A stretch of 64,000 nucleotides of DNA. Origin: a virus. Taxonomy: Duplodnaviria > Caudoviricetes. Positions 30,300 to 41,200 of this stretch are shown in pieces; within the stretch, counting starts at the first letter, position 1; the number at the start of each line of letters is the position of its first letter. The position numbers and the translations under genes are program-made. The notes beneath the pieces were generated by a model, which worked only from the letters and a program-made list of their open reading frames with translations, had not been told where the DNA came from and ran no database searches. The stretch covers positions 359 to 64,358 of IMG/VR virus record IMGVR_UViG_3300028372_000005; one strand, given 5' to 3'.

Positions 30300-33200
30300 T
30301 TCACCTGCACGCACACACACGATTTTCGGTGAGCGATGGACTCGCAAGCCCCGACGAGTTGGCTCAGGCCGCAACAGGCGGCGTGCTGGCAATCACTGAT
30401 CACAATACCCTCGGGGGCGCAGTCAAGCATCAGATCGCCTGCGACAGGCATGGAGTCACGCCTGTATTTGGCGTCGACCTCGACGTCCTCGACCAAAATC
30501 GACTCACCCTCCTCGCCCAGAACAAAACGGGCTACAAAAACCTGATCGAGCTCATTCGCCTGGAGCGTCGCGGCTGGGACGATCTGGACCGACACTCCGA
30601 AGGCATCATTGCGATGTCCGGCGACCTCAAAGGCGCGATCCCCCAGTCAGTCTTGAGCGAGGACGTCGAGGCGCTTCGTGCCCACACCTCAAAGCTTCGC
30701 GTCATCTACGGTGATCGTTTCTATCTGGAAAAAATAAACCACGGACTGCCCGAGCAAGAAAAGGTGTGCGCCTTTTTGGACAAACTCTCTCGCAACACCG
30801 GCATCCCGGCCGTCACGACCAACGACGTCCACTACCTGAAGCCGGAGGATGCTGTCGCGCACGCAGTTATGATCTGCGACAAACTCAACCGGTCGCTGAC
30901 GCCAGCACGCATTGAGGACATTCGGATTAACGGCGCCTGGATGACCGATCTGGAGTGCCCCATCGCTCGCGAGATCGCCCAGCGGTGCCATTTCAGGCTC
31001 GAGGTCGACCCCGACAAACCCTACCTGCCAGCCTTCACCAACCTCGAGGGGTTTGATACCGAAGAGGAATTTCTGTGGCATCTGGCCAGAAAAGGCCTGA
31101 GCGATCGACTGGATGGGGTGCTCGACGCCGAGTACACCGATCGCCTCACCCATGAGTATCAGATCATTTGCGACATGGGGTTTGCCGGCTACTTCCTGAT
31201 CGTCTGGGACTTCATCAAGCAGGCCAGAATCCAGGGCATTCCGGTGGGGCCGGGTCGCGGATCTGGCGGCGGCAGTCTGGTGTCATACTGCTTAAACATC
31301 ACCGACTTCGACCCGCTCGAGTATGGTCTTTTGTTCGAGCGATTTTTGAACCCAGAACGTGTCTCGATGCCCGACTTCGACATCGACTTTTGCATCGAGC
31401 GGCGCGATGAAATCTTCTCTCATGTACGCCGCGTCTACGGCAAAGACAACGTCGCAGGGATTGGCACCTACGGCGAGAACCGACCCCGGAGCGCCTGGGA
31501 CAACACCGGGCGCATCTTCGGGGTGAAGGCAGCCAGGCGCCAACGCATCGCCAATCAGTACCTGCCCGAGTCCGCCGACTCCAAGACGCTCAAAGATATC
31601 CTGGACGGAGATGACCTCGAGGCTCTTTTCAAAGATCGGCCGCAGTACCGGCAGGTGTTCGAGCTCGCCGAACGAATCGAGGGCACGTTTCGAAACAAGG
31701 GCAAGCACGCCGGCGGTGTCATCATCGCCGACGATCGCCTGACCAACTACGCCCCCATCCGCGCCGACGACGAAGGCGTGTTCGACCACGTCGTCGAATT
31801 CCAGATGGAGGATGCCGAGAAGATCGGCCTGGTCAAATTCGACTTTCTGGGTCTGGCCGAACTCACAGTTCTCGAGCGCGTCTCCAAGCAGGTCGGCATC
31901 GACGTGCACGACATTCCGCTCGATGACGCTAAGACCTTCGAGCTCATCGGCAGCGGCAATACGCTCGGCACTTTTCAGATGGGCTCGACCGGCTTCCAGG
32001 AGCTGATGTCGAAGATGAAGCCCTGGATGTTCAGCCACATCATCGCCGCGGTGGCGCTTTATCGCCCGGGCCCCAAAAACGCCGGCATGCTCGACAAGTT
32101 TGTCGATCGCATGCACGGCCGCGAGGAGGTGGACTACCTGCACGACGCGCTCGAGCCCATCCTAAACGATACCTACGGCGTGATTCTGTACCAGGAGCAG
32201 ATCATGCACATCGCTCAGCAGCTCGCCGACTACACACTCGGCGGCGCCGACATTCTTCGCCGCGGCATCGGAAAAAAGAAGCGCAAGGTGATCGAGGCTG
32301 AGAAGCCCAAATTCATCGACGGCGTCGAAGAGCACGGCGTTGATCGCGAGATCGGCGAGGAGCTGTGGGATCAGATCGAAACCTTTGCCGAGTACGGTTT
32401 TAATAAGTGCTTGGTCGGCGACACTCAGCTGGAAAGAGCCGGGGCCAATCAACACAGCGGGCGCTACTTGACCGTGAAAGAGCTGTATGACGCCCAATCC
32501 GAGCGGATGGACAACGGCCGGTATGCGCCGTACGCGCAAAAAATACGGGCGGGCAGGATGCGGATTCTACAGTACTGCCCCGATGGGCGCATCCGGCCTG
32601 GCAATGTGGTCAAGGTGCACGAAAACGGCACCAGGGAAGTATTCGAAGTGCTTTTATCGGATGGAAGGTCGGTCGAGGCTACCGCAAATCACCGCTTCTT
32701 AACCGACCAGGGATACGAGGAGGTCCAAAACATAGAAGTGGGCGATCTACTGATCGTGCGTAGCAACAAAGAGGGGTATCAAAAACAGGGGATTGACACC
32801 TCGAGAGCAAAAGGGATGAGCTACCAAACCTCAACACCCGGGTTTGACGCTGGAGAGAACAACCCCTCTTATATCGATGGTAGAACTCGGGCGCTCAAAG
32901 AAGCCCAGGAGAGGGCACTAGCACGCTCAGGCTGGGGGTGTGAGTTTTGCGCCTGCGAGGACGATGGCAGGTTTGAATTCGCCCACCTGAGGCCTCTTGA
33001 GCATTTTGATTTTGACTTTGTGACCTACAACAGTACCGACAACATTGCGCACCTGTGCAACTCGTGCCACAAGAAGCTCGACTATGAAAAAGGCGAGCGA
33101 AGACCAGCCTGGTCAAAGGGCAAGCCGTCGACCACCTCTGAGGTGGTTAGCATCCGGTGTGTGGGCGAAAAGATGACGTACGACGTGGAGATGGCCGACC

Positions 33201-34198
33201 CATACCACAATTTCATGGCGAACGGCATTGTCAGTCACAACTCACATTCCACCGGCTACGGGCTTCTTGCCTACTGGACGGCTTACTTCAAGGCGCACTT
33301 CCCGGCCGCCTTCTTAGCCGCCCAGATGCACGTGCGCCGAAACGATTTTGACAAGCTTTCCGACTTCATCCACAACGCACGCGAGATGGGCATCGAGGTC
33401 AAAGACGCCGACGTACGCCACTCGCCGGCGGAGTTCTGGGGCGACGACAGCAGGATCTGGGCGGGCATCAACACCATCAAGGGGTTCAATGACGAGACGG
33501 CTACTGTCATCGCTGATGCCGAGTTCGACAGCCTGATGAGCCTGCTCGAGACCATCGACCTCAAGCCCAGCGAATTGTCGATGCTCGCTGAAGCCGGCGC
33601 GCTCGACGACCTGCTCGGCATCACGTCGATGAGCGAGGCTTGCCAGAAGCGCGCCGACATCGTCGAGCAGGCCAAGGCGCTCATCAAAAATGCGTCGAAG
33701 TATGCGCACACCCACGGGCAGGCGGCGATGTTCTCGCTCAAGTCGGTCGGGATGAGCGTCAGCTGGGGGGTGTCGCCACCCTGGTCTCCCTTCGAACTTC
33801 TCGAGCTTGAGCGCCAACGCCTGGGGCGCTACCGCACCGACCACCCCTCGCGAATTGCGCGCATGAAATACTATAAAAAAACCGCGACCATCGAGATGTG
33901 GCAGCAAAAAGGCGAGCCGCAGCCCGAGGACCACGAATTCAATAAACGAACATTTTGCCTTGTCGTAGTGGTGTTCGATGTGCATAAAATCATCAACTCG
34001 AATGATGAGGAGATGGCGTTTTTGCGCGTCGAGGATGAGACCGGCGAGTACGACGTGACCGTATTTTCGGACCAGTGTGACATCAAGGCCTTCGAGGCCG
34101 CCACCGGCCCGCAACTCATTAAAGTTCAGCCCAACTTCTACAACGGGAAGTGGGGCTTGGTTTTCAGACGTATGACACCCATGGAGGAATTGCTTTGA
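30296..34198 (+). CDS. dnaE: DNA polymerase III alpha subunit (family C) containing an intein
   Basis: PHP domain HLHAHT..S..DG, ITDH, TNDVHY; GPGRGSGGGS, RVSMPDFDIDF, HAGGV, KFDFLGL, YQEQ, YGFNK|SH; C-terminal OB fold MAFLRVEDETG. Confidence 0.95.
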   Translation: MIHLHAHTRFSVSDGLASPDELAQAATGGVLAITDHNTLGGAVKHQIACDRHGVTPVFGVDLDVLDQNRLTLLAQNKTGYKNLIELIRLERRGWDDLDRHSEGIIAMSGDLKGAIPQSVLSEDVEALRAHTSKLRVIYGDRFYLEKINHGLPEQEKVCAFLDKLSRNTGIPAVTTNDVHYLKPEDAVAHAVMICDKLNRSLTPARIEDIRINGAWMTDLECPIAREIAQRCHFRLEVDPDKPYLPAFTNLEGFDTEEEFLWHLARKGLSDRLDGVLDAEYTDRLTHEYQIICDMGFAGYFLIVWDFIKQARIQGIPVGPGRGSGGGSLVSYCLNITDFDPLEYGLLFERFLNPERVSMPDFDIDFCIERRDEIFSHVRRVYGKDNVAGIGTYGENRPRSAWDNTGRIFGVKAARRQRIANQYLPESADSKTLKDILDGDDLEALFKDRPQYRQVFELAERIEGTFRNKGKHAGGVIIADDRLTNYAPIRADDEGVFDHVVEFQMEDAEKIGLVKFDFLGLAELTVLERVSKQVGIDVHDIPLDDAKTFELIGSGNTLGTFQMGSTGFQELMSKMKPWMFSHIIAAVALYRPGPKNAGMLDKFVDRMHGREEVDYLHDALEPILNDTYGVILYQEQIMHIAQQLADYTLGGADILRRGIGKKKRKVIEAEKPKFIDGVEEHGVDREIGEELWDQIETFAEYGFNKCLVGDTQLERAGANQHSGRYLTVKELYDAQSERMDNGRYAPYAQKIRAGRMRILQYCPDGRIRPGNVVKVHENGTREVFEVLLSDGRSVEATANHRFLTDQGYEEVQNIEVGDLLIVRSNKEGYQKQGIDTSRAKGMSYQTSTPGFDAGENNPSYIDGRTRALKEAQERALARSGWGCEFCACEDDGRFEFAHLRPLEHFDFDFVTYNSTDNIAHLCNSCHKKLDYEKGERRPAWSKGKPSTTSEVVSIRCVGEKMTYDVEMADPYHNFMANGIVSHNSHSTGYGLLAYWTAYFKAHFPAAFLAAQMHVRRNDFDKLSDFIHNAREMGIEVKDADVRHSPAEFWGDDSRIWAGINTIKGFNDETATVIADAEFDSLMSLLETIDLKPSELSMLAEAGALDDLLGITSMSEACQKRADIVEQAKALIKNASKYAHTHGQAAMFSLKSVGMSVSWGVSPPWSPFELLELERQRLGRYRTDHPSRIARMKYYKKTATIEMWQQKGEPQPEDHEFNKRTFCLVVVVFDVHKIINSNDEEMAFLRVEDETGEYDVTVFSDQCDIKAFEAATGPQLIKVQPNFYNGKWGLVFRRMTPMEELL
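32408..33241 (+). mobile_element. intein (278 aa) with HNH endonuclease
   Basis: Starts CLVGDT after YGFNK; ATANHRF block B; ends YDVEM..HNFMANGIVSHN before Ser; CEFC..H..N..LCNSCH HNH core. Confidence 0.93.
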
Positions 34199-34787
34199 TT
34201 TTAACCCCTGACAATATCGACGAAGAATATGTGCCGCGCATTGTGATCGCCGAGACATTTGTCGGCGATCGCCTCGAGCTGCACGCCTCAAGCTCCAGCA
34301 TCATTGAGTCCTCGCACGACGACGAGGCGAGCTACCGCGTCTCGGTGGAGGCCGACTTCGAATTCGAGGAGATCGACGCGTTCAAAGAGGGCGCCTCTCC
34401 CCACATCAAGGATTATGCGTCCGGCCGAGAGCTCGACGAGGTCGTGTTCGTGTTCACCCGCATTGTGCCCGGCCGGGAATACGATATTTTGTTCCCGATC
34501 TTTGTCCTCGAAGACATTCTCGAGCCAGACTACTTTTTGGGGGCTGTCGAGGTCTTCGCGGGATGCCAGGCATCTAAGATTACTAAGGTGACGGGTATCG
34601 AAGGCCCCAACCTGATACAAACACCCAACGGGCTCGGAAAAGCGCTTATGCAGGGTGATGATCAGATGGCCAGTCACTGGCGAGGTCGTATTCGAAAAAA
34701 CGCCACGCCGCTCGTAAAGCCCGACTACTACTCCGAATGGGAGGCGCGCCTGGGATCGTGCGAGACCCTTGAGGAAAAGGAGATGTC

Positions 34788-35681
34788 GTGGGGTATCTGA
34801 CCAATTATGTACTCGTCGAGGGCCTGATTCGACGCACCATCTACGAGCAGGTCAAGGGCGACGGTCCGCCATCGGAGCCGTTTTCGATAGTGCTCAAGGC
34901 GAGTGCCCACGCCGAGAAGTATCTCGATCGGGCGCGCGAGTATGTGAGGGCGCGCATGATGCGCGAGCATGGCCTTCTGGTGACCATCAACCGCGTCGAT
35001 GTTGTCCTGGGTGAAGCCGACCCGGACCCGGACGCCTTCGAGTGCATCGAGCGCCACGAGTTCGACTGGAATGCGCAGTGGTATACCCAGAAGATCGTGG
35101 CGATCGATGTGGAGACCACCGGCTTCGACCTCGACAAAGACCGCATCACCGAGGTGGGGTGGGCGAAATACAACCCCAAGACCAAAAAGTTCGGCGCTCC
35201 CAAAGCGCAGGTCATCGACCCAGAAACCTCCATCCCCCAGGAGCTCATTGAGCGCCAGATTGGCCCGAAGCCAGACGAGCTCGACGGCGCACCCACCTTC
35301 TGCGAATTCGCCGAAGAGTTGGCTGAAGAGCTCGACGGCGCCATTATGGTCATTCAGAACCGCGGGTTCGACACAGGATTTTTGCAAAAGGCATTCAACC
35401 GCTGTGCGCACATCAACTTCACGCTCGGGCCCTCCGCGTGCACCAAAGAGATCGCAAAACACCTGGGGTGGGACTACGAGACCAAGCTCGAGAAGCTCGC
35501 TGAGCACTACGGCATCGAGCTGTTCAACTACCACCGCGCCGGCCACGACGCGAAGTGCTGCGGCGATCTGTTTCTGGCCATGGCCCGGTGGATGATCCGC
35601 GAAGACAAGTGGTCCAAGAACATGACCCTCCGCGGATTTGTTGGTTTCTTCGACACCCAGAGGTGGCCCAACGATGACTGA
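34788..35681 (+). CDS. DEDDh 3'-5' exonuclease (DnaQ-like) with N-terminal extension
   Basis: IDVETTG, QNRGFD, HRAGHDA. Confidence 0.85.
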   Translation: MGYLTNYVLVEGLIRRTIYEQVKGDGPPSEPFSIVLKASAHAEKYLDRAREYVRARMMREHGLLVTINRVDVVLGEADPDPDAFECIERHEFDWNAQWYTQKIVAIDVETTGFDLDKDRITEVGWAKYNPKTKKFGAPKAQVIDPETSIPQELIERQIGPKPDELDGAPTFCEFAEELAEELDGAIMVIQNRGFDTGFLQKAFNRCAHINFTLGPSACTKEIAKHLGWDYETKLEKLAEHYGIELFNYHRAGHDAKCCGDLFLAMARWMIREDKWSKNMTLRGFVGFFDTQRWPNDD

Positions 35682-36336
35682 ACCACTGAGGCTGGCGATG
35701 TTCGACCTGGAGACCACCGGTCTGTACGCAGACTCGTGTGACATCACCGAGGTCGGCATCGTCGAATACGACATCAACGGCCGTGAGCTAGACCGCCACA
35801 ACTGGTTGGTCGCGATCGGCTATAAGCTGCCACAACACATCGTCGAGATTACTGGCATCACCGACAAGATGCTGCGCGAGCAAGGCCAGCCCTGGAACAA
35901 GGTGGCATCTGCTGCTTGGCGCGTGCTTCGCGAGTGCAATGTGTGGGCGGCCTACAATATCGACTTCGATATTGGGTTTTTGAGAGAGCACCTCAAGCCC
36001 GTTATTCGCGAATACGCCGAGCCTCGATTGATCGATCCGATCGAGCTGGTTAAGCGTTGGCTCCCCAAGAACAAAAAAGGCCCCATCAAGAGCCGCAGCA
36101 ACAAGGCGGTGGCCGAGTTCTTGGGGGTCGACCTGACCAACGCCCACCGGGCGACTGAAGACGCCGCTGCGAGCGGCGAATCGTTATTTAAGCTCCTTGA
36201 GCTCTTTGAGGTCACCCTCAAAGACTACCTGCTTGGGCGGCCGTTGCCGCTCGGGCCACACCTTCGGCAGGAAGACCCATTTGAGGCCTTGTACCTGGCT
36301 CGACCCTCGTGCTATGAGTACCAATCCGACTTCTAG
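35674..36336 (+). CDS. second DEDDh 3'-5' exonuclease (DnaQ-like)
   Basis: [22 protein letters not shown]. Confidence 0.87.
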   Translation: MTEPLRLAMFDLETTGLYADSCDITEVGIVEYDINGRELDRHNWLVAIGYKLPQHIVEITGITDKMLREQGQPWNKVASAAWRVLRECNVWAAYNIDFDIGFLREHLKPVIREYAEPRLIDPIELVKRWLPKNKKGPIKSRSNKAVAEFLGVDLTNAHRATEDAAASGESLFKLLELFEVTLKDYLLGRPLPLGPHLRQEDPFEALYLARPSCYEYQSDF

Positions 36337-36353
36337 ACTACGGAGATAAGACC

Positions 36354-36896
36354 ATGAGCGTAAATAAAGCAATTATTATTGGAAATCTCGGCGCCGACCC
36401 GGAAGTGCGCCACACGCAATCGGGCACTGCCGTCGCCAACCTGAGCATCGCCACCAACGAGAAGTGGACCGACAAGAGCGGCACCAAGCAAGAGAAGACC
36501 GAGTGGCACCGCGTCGTCGTCTTCGGCAAGACGGCCGAGAACTGCCAGAAGTACTTGAGCAAGGGACGCCAGGTCTACGTCGAAGGTCGCATCCAGACCA
36601 ACGAGTGGACCGACAACGACGGCAACACCAAGTACACCACCGAAATCGTCGCCCAGAACGTCACCTTCCTGTCTGGCGGCAATAGCAACGGCGGCGGTGG
36701 AGGCAACAGCGCTCCGAGCCAGCACCAACAGCGCCCGCAGGCGAACAATCAGCAGCAGGGTGGAGGCTACCAGCAGGGTCAGCAGCAGGGTGGCGGCTAC
36801 CAGCAGAACAACCAGCAGGGTCAGCAGCAACGCCCTCCGCAGAACAACCAGCAGCAGGGGCAACAGTCGTTCAACGACGATGATATCCCATTCTAG
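36354..36896 (+). CDS. ssb: single-stranded DNA-binding protein, bacterial type
   Basis: [32 protein letters not shown], Gln/Gly linker, C-terminal DDDIPF. Confidence 0.95.
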   Translation: MSVNKAIIIGNLGADPEVRHTQSGTAVANLSIATNEKWTDKSGTKQEKTEWHRVVVFGKTAENCQKYLSKGRQVYVEGRIQTNEWTDNDGNTKYTTEIVAQNVTFLSGGNSNGGGGGNSAPSQHQQRPQANNQQQGGGYQQGQQQGGGYQQNNQQGQQQRPPQNNQQQGQQSFNDDDIPF

Positions 36897-36910
36897 CCCA
36901 TAACCGGCAT

Positions 36911-36931
36911 CGCGGGGCCTTCGGGCCCCGC
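36911..36931 (+). terminator. GC hairpin after ssb (weak or no U-tract)
   Basis: GCGGGGCC-TTCG-GGCCCCGC with UUCG loop. Confidence 0.5.
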
Positions 36932-37226
36932 ACCCTCTCGCTGTTGGATGTATGATGTGGGTTTTTCCCGCCGTCTTTTTTTGCTGATGCGCAAGGCACG
37001 ACGCACAAATCGCATGCTCGCCTCAAAGATCTCGATCTGTCGGTGGGTGAAGAATTGCGTCGCCTGGGTTTTGATGGTCGAATAGTGGTCGACGTCATGA
37101 ACGAGTCGGCCTCATTCGAAGCTCGTCAGCCGTATTGGGTGTATGTGGGCCCGGTGCTCCTTGGTACCTACCCCGACCTCGATCAGCTCGACGAGACGTT
37201 TCATCATCTGATCAAGCGATCGTGCT

Positions 37227-37541
37227 ATGAACAAAAAAGCCAACGTCCCGGTGTACCGCCGTGGTGATTCTCGGAATCTGACCTACAGCCCGCAAAACAA
37301 CGTCCGCCAGGACAGCCCGCGGGAGAGCAACGTTGTTGAGGACGTCCTCTATCCCGTAGCTGGCGGGCTGGCCGGCGCGCTTGTAGGAGCGGGCTTGGCC
37401 GCGGCCGCCATGGGGCCCGAGCCCGAGCCGGGTCGAACCTACGACGAAGAAAAACTATTTCTGCCCGGAGCGGCCGGCGCCTACATCGGCTACAACGCGG
37501 GCAAGGCACTGGCCAAATCAAATGATTTTGACGGATTCTGA
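37227..37541 (+). CDS. glycine-zipper membrane-type protein (MNKKA start)
   Basis: VAGGLAGALVGAGLAAAAMG and GAAGAYIGYNAG. Confidence 0.6.
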   Translation: MNKKANVPVYRRGDSRNLTYSPQNNVRQDSPRESNVVEDVLYPVAGGLAGALVGAGLAAAAMGPEPEPGRTYDEEKLFLPGAAGAYIGYNAGKALAKSNDFDGF

Positions 37542-38112
37542 CATCGAGCGCGAGCTCGCCGAGGGCGCACTCCAGATCGACCCCCTCGACAACCCCGACC
37601 TCCAAATCCAACCCGCCAGCGTCGATCTTCGGCTTGGCGGGTCTTTTTTGATCCAGAACCCAAGCTACAAGTATCTGAGTATCGACGGGGAGCACGGCCC
37701 GCCCGAGCAGGGCTTGCAAGACGAGATGTTCGCGATCGAGCGTGACGAACACTTCGACCTCCTGCCTGGCAAATTCGCGCTCGCCGAGACCTTCGAGCGC
37801 ATCTGCATCCCGCCACATCTGTGCGCGCAGGTCGAGGGGCGAAGCTCGGTCGGCCGGCTTGGGGTGATGATCCACATCACGGCCGGTTACATCGATCCTG
37901 GATTCGAGGGCAAAATAACCCTCGAGCTGTACAACGCCGGTGGTGTCACGGTTCGCCTGCCCATCAAACATCGCATTTGCCAGCTCGTCCTGCACGCCAC
38001 ACAATCGAAGGCCCGCCGTCCGTACGGCTCAAGACCCGAAAGCAAATACCAGAACCAGAATGGCGTTACCGCCAGTAAAAAGGAGATTCTAAGTGTCCGT
38101 TCTTCCGATTGA
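37522..38112 (+). CDS. dcd: dCTP deaminase
   Basis: MILTDSDI, IQPASVDLRL, EGRSSVGRLG, HITAGYIDPGFEGKITLEL, ICQL, SKYQNQ. Confidence 0.93.
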   Translation: MILTDSDIERELAEGALQIDPLDNPDLQIQPASVDLRLGGSFLIQNPSYKYLSIDGEHGPPEQGLQDEMFAIERDEHFDLLPGKFALAETFERICIPPHLCAQVEGRSSVGRLGVMIHITAGYIDPGFEGKITLELYNAGGVTVRLPIKHRICQLVLHATQSKARRPYGSRPESKYQNQNGVTASKKEILSVRSSD

Positions 38113-40105
38113 AAAATATGAACCGCTCAAGCTCCCCGAAGACTTTGTTGCCGATTACTCGGAGCGAACTCCACCATGGGGCTTTGGCCCGCTGAGCTGG
38201 GTGACCTACAAACGCACCTACTCGAGGACCAAAACCCCCTCCTGGCTTCGAGGCGACGCCGAGGCCGACGGCGAGCCGGAGGACTGGTGGGAGACCTGCC
38301 GCCGCGTCATCGAGGGGATGCTCAATGTCCAGATGATTCACTGCAAGGAGCGAAGCCTGCCGTGGAACGACGGCAAGGCCATCCGCCACGGCAAGCGCGC
38401 CTACGACCGCCTGTTCAACTTCAAGTGGACCCCTCCCGGTCGCGGCCTGTGGATGATGGGGACCGACTTCATGTTCACCCGTACCGGAGCCGCTCTTAAT
38501 AATTGTGGCTTTACGTCGACCAAGAATATCAGCGAAGAGGGCAAATTTGCCGAGCCCTTCGGGTGGATGTTCGAGAATTCGATGCTCGGCGTCGGCGTCG
38601 GTTTCGACACCAAGGGCATCGGCGCGCGCACGATTGTGCGACCGGCACTCGAGCCGACCGAGGTTCATGTGGTCGAGGACAGCCGAGAAGGGTGGCGCTC
38701 AGCGCTCGAGCGGGTCCTGAACGCCTTTGTTGGCGAAGACACGATGCCAAACGGGTGGGATTTCTCCGAGGTGCGCCCCAAGGGGGCTCCCATCAAATCC
38801 TTCGGGGGCGTCGCCAGCGGGCCAGGGCCTCTCAAAAAAGCCATCGAGACACTCGAGGGGCTCTACGAGTCGTATGTCGGTAAGTCGGTCGACGCTCAGC
38901 TTATTGTCGACACGATGAACATCGCTGGCAGGTGTGTGGTCGCCGGGGGCGTGCGCCGAACCGCCCAGATCGCATTTGGCGATGAGCACGACGAGCAATT
39001 CCTCGATCTCAAGCAGGATTTTGAGAAGCTCGGCGAGTACAGGTGGGCGTCGAACAACTCCATCAACGCCGAGGTGGGGATGGATTACTCAGGGCCCGGC
39101 CGACGCACGTCCATCAACGGCGAACCGGGCTACCTGTGGCTGAAAAACGCCCAGGCCTTCGGGCGCATGAAAGACGCTCCAAACTGGGACGACGAGCAGG
39201 CCGAGGGGTCAAATCCTTGCGTCGAACAAACACTTTGGGACAAAGAGCTCTGTTGCCTGGTCGAGACCTTTCCTGCTCATCACGACTCGATCAATGACTA
39301 CAAAGAGACGCTCAAATGCGCCTATCAGTACGCCAAGACGGTCACTCTGGTGAAGACGCACGACGAAAAGACCAACGCCGTGATGCTCAAAAATCGCCGG
39401 ATCGGTTGCTCAATGACCGGTATTGTGCAGGCGATCAACAAGCACGGATATCGCGAATTCTTCGAGATGTGCGACCAGGGATACGACCGCGTTCAAGAGC
39501 TCGACAAACAGTATTCAGATTGGTTGTGCATTCCACGCTCCATCAAGACCACAAGCGTCAAGCCTAGCGGCACCGTCTCTCTCCTCGCCGGGGCTACGCC
39601 GGGCGTTCACTGGGACCACGCACCCTACTACATCCGACGGATTCGAGTACGCGATACCCATGAGCTCGTCGACCTGTGTCGCGATGCCGGATACCCTGTC
39701 GAGCCCTGCCAGTCGACCCCCAACACCACGGTCATCGAGTTCCCCGTTCAAGTCCCCCACCTCGAGCGCACAAAGTTCGACGTGAGCGTGCGAGAAAAGG
39801 TTGACCTCGCCGCCCAGATGCAGCATTACTGGTCCGACAACCAGGTCAGCTGCACCGCCGAGTTCGACCCGGAGACTGAGGGCGACGAAATCCCGAGGTT
39901 GCTAGAGGCGTACGAGACGCGACTCAAGGGCATCTCCTTTCTTCCGTCGGTGGATTCGGGGTACGCCCAGATGCCCTACGAGGCCATCTCCCAGGAGGAG
40001 TACGAGCGCCGCGCTCGATCCGTCAAGCCGCTCGAGGGCATGGTGAATCACGACCAGGAGGACAAATTTTGCAGCGGGGTGGCCTGTAAGGTAGAGTTTG
40101 AGTAA
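38093..40105 (+). CDS. nrdJ: class II (B12-dependent) ribonucleotide reductase
   Basis: RTYSR, PPGRGLW, NNC, GGVRRTA, NPCVEQ, KPSGTVS, C-terminal CSGVAC. Confidence 0.92.
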   Translation: MSVLPIEKYEPLKLPEDFVADYSERTPPWGFGPLSWVTYKRTYSRTKTPSWLRGDAEADGEPEDWWETCRRVIEGMLNVQMIHCKERSLPWNDGKAIRHGKRAYDRLFNFKWTPPGRGLWMMGTDFMFTRTGAALNNCGFTSTKNISEEGKFAEPFGWMFENSMLGVGVGFDTKGIGARTIVRPALEPTEVHVVEDSREGWRSALERVLNAFVGEDTMPNGWDFSEVRPKGAPIKSFGGVASGPGPLKKAIETLEGLYESYVGKSVDAQLIVDTMNIAGRCVVAGGVRRTAQIAFGDEHDEQFLDLKQDFEKLGEYRWASNNSINAEVGMDYSGPGRRTSINGEPGYLWLKNAQAFGRMKDAPNWDDEQAEGSNPCVEQTLWDKELCCLVETFPAHHDSINDYKETLKCAYQYAKTVTLVKTHDEKTNAVMLKNRRIGCSMTGIVQAINKHGYREFFEMCDQGYDRVQELDKQYSDWLCIPRSIKTTSVKPSGTVSLLAGATPGVHWDHAPYYIRRIRVRDTHELVDLCRDAGYPVEPCQSTPNTTVIEFPVQVPHLERTKFDVSVREKVDLAAQMQHYWSDNQVSCTAEFDPETEGDEIPRLLEAYETRLKGISFLPSVDSGYAQMPYEAISQEEYERRARSVKPLEGMVNHDQEDKFCSGVACKVEFE

Positions 40106-40129
40106 ATCACGGACTTCTGGAGGACGGTT

Positions 40130-40375
40130 ATGCAGGGATTGATGAAGATCGCCGAATGGGATACTTACGACAAACTCGATCTCCACCACAGCGGGGTGTC
40201 GGATGATGTCGCTAGAAACAACCAACCCAAGCCAGGAAAGAGCTGGCAGAAAAAGCAAGAGCTGATTCGCGCCAAGGATCACGCGAACGGAAACTACCGC
40301 CCCAAGCCTGGCAAGAAAAAAGGCCTCAAAGGCAAGGCAAAGGGACTTCTCAACAAGCTTCGGGGCAAAGGATGA
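40130..40375 (+). CDS. leader-family basic protein (MQGLMKIA)
   Basis: GGAGG RBS; leader; Lys-rich C-terminus. Confidence 0.75.
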   Translation: MQGLMKIAEWDTYDKLDLHHSGVSDDVARNNQPKPGKSWQKKQELIRAKDHANGNYRPKPGKKKGLKGKAKGLLNKLRGKG

Positions 40376-40581
40376 CCCCCTACGGTGAGCGCCGAGAGGA
40401 GAACTACTTCTGCGACGAGCCTGGATCGAAGCACTACCGCCGCATGCAGCGCGGCCGCGCTCGACGCAAAGAGCGCGGTCGACTCCGGGAGCTCACCAAG
40501 GATGCCAACTCCCACCACCGCGCCCTGTACTACGACGAAGAGCCGTCTGAACACCCGGACATAATCTTCTAGCTGCTCAGC

Positions 40582-40616
40582 CCCCACGCCACCTGCCGGC
40601 GTGGGGTATTTTTTTT
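40582..40616 (+). terminator. rho-independent terminator
   Basis: CCCCACGCC/GGCGTGGGG stem followed by a T-run. Confidence 0.8.
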
Positions 40617-41200
40617 ACTTCCGTCCAAACCCACCCCAAAATTTGCGCGTCTCTGTGCGGTGTCCTACCGTGAGGGGGGTACTTTTGTTTTGAATGGTTA
40701 TGTGTGAGACAGCCCATGGAAAAGCTCGGCGTCCAGACTTCGCTGCCGGCCGACAAGACGGCCTCAAACGACCCTCGCTGCCCAACGTGCGGCGAGAAGA
40801 TCACGCAGCACGGCGCCGTACACACCTGCATCCAATGCGGAACGGAGCCATTCGAAGATGAAGTATCTCAACCCGAAGACGATTGACGTGATGTCGGTAG
40901 AACTGATCTCCAGAGGGTACGACGGTGAGGAAAAAATCACCCGACGCGTCCCTCTGGGGCTGTTTATCCTGGGCGTCACTGACGAATCTTTTGTCAAAGC
41001 TATCGAAAAATACGGACTCGCCCCCCGCTTATTGGGCGCTGCGTCCCTGGCCGATGGTCGGTCCTGGATTCAGAAGAGACCCCAGACAATCTCGGCCGGC
41101 GTGGTGTTTGAGACCGCCGACGAGTGCTGCGCACATCTGAAGTGTGGGGTGACGTGGGAAGACATCAATGAAGGCCTGACTTTGGTCCCCGGAGAGACAC

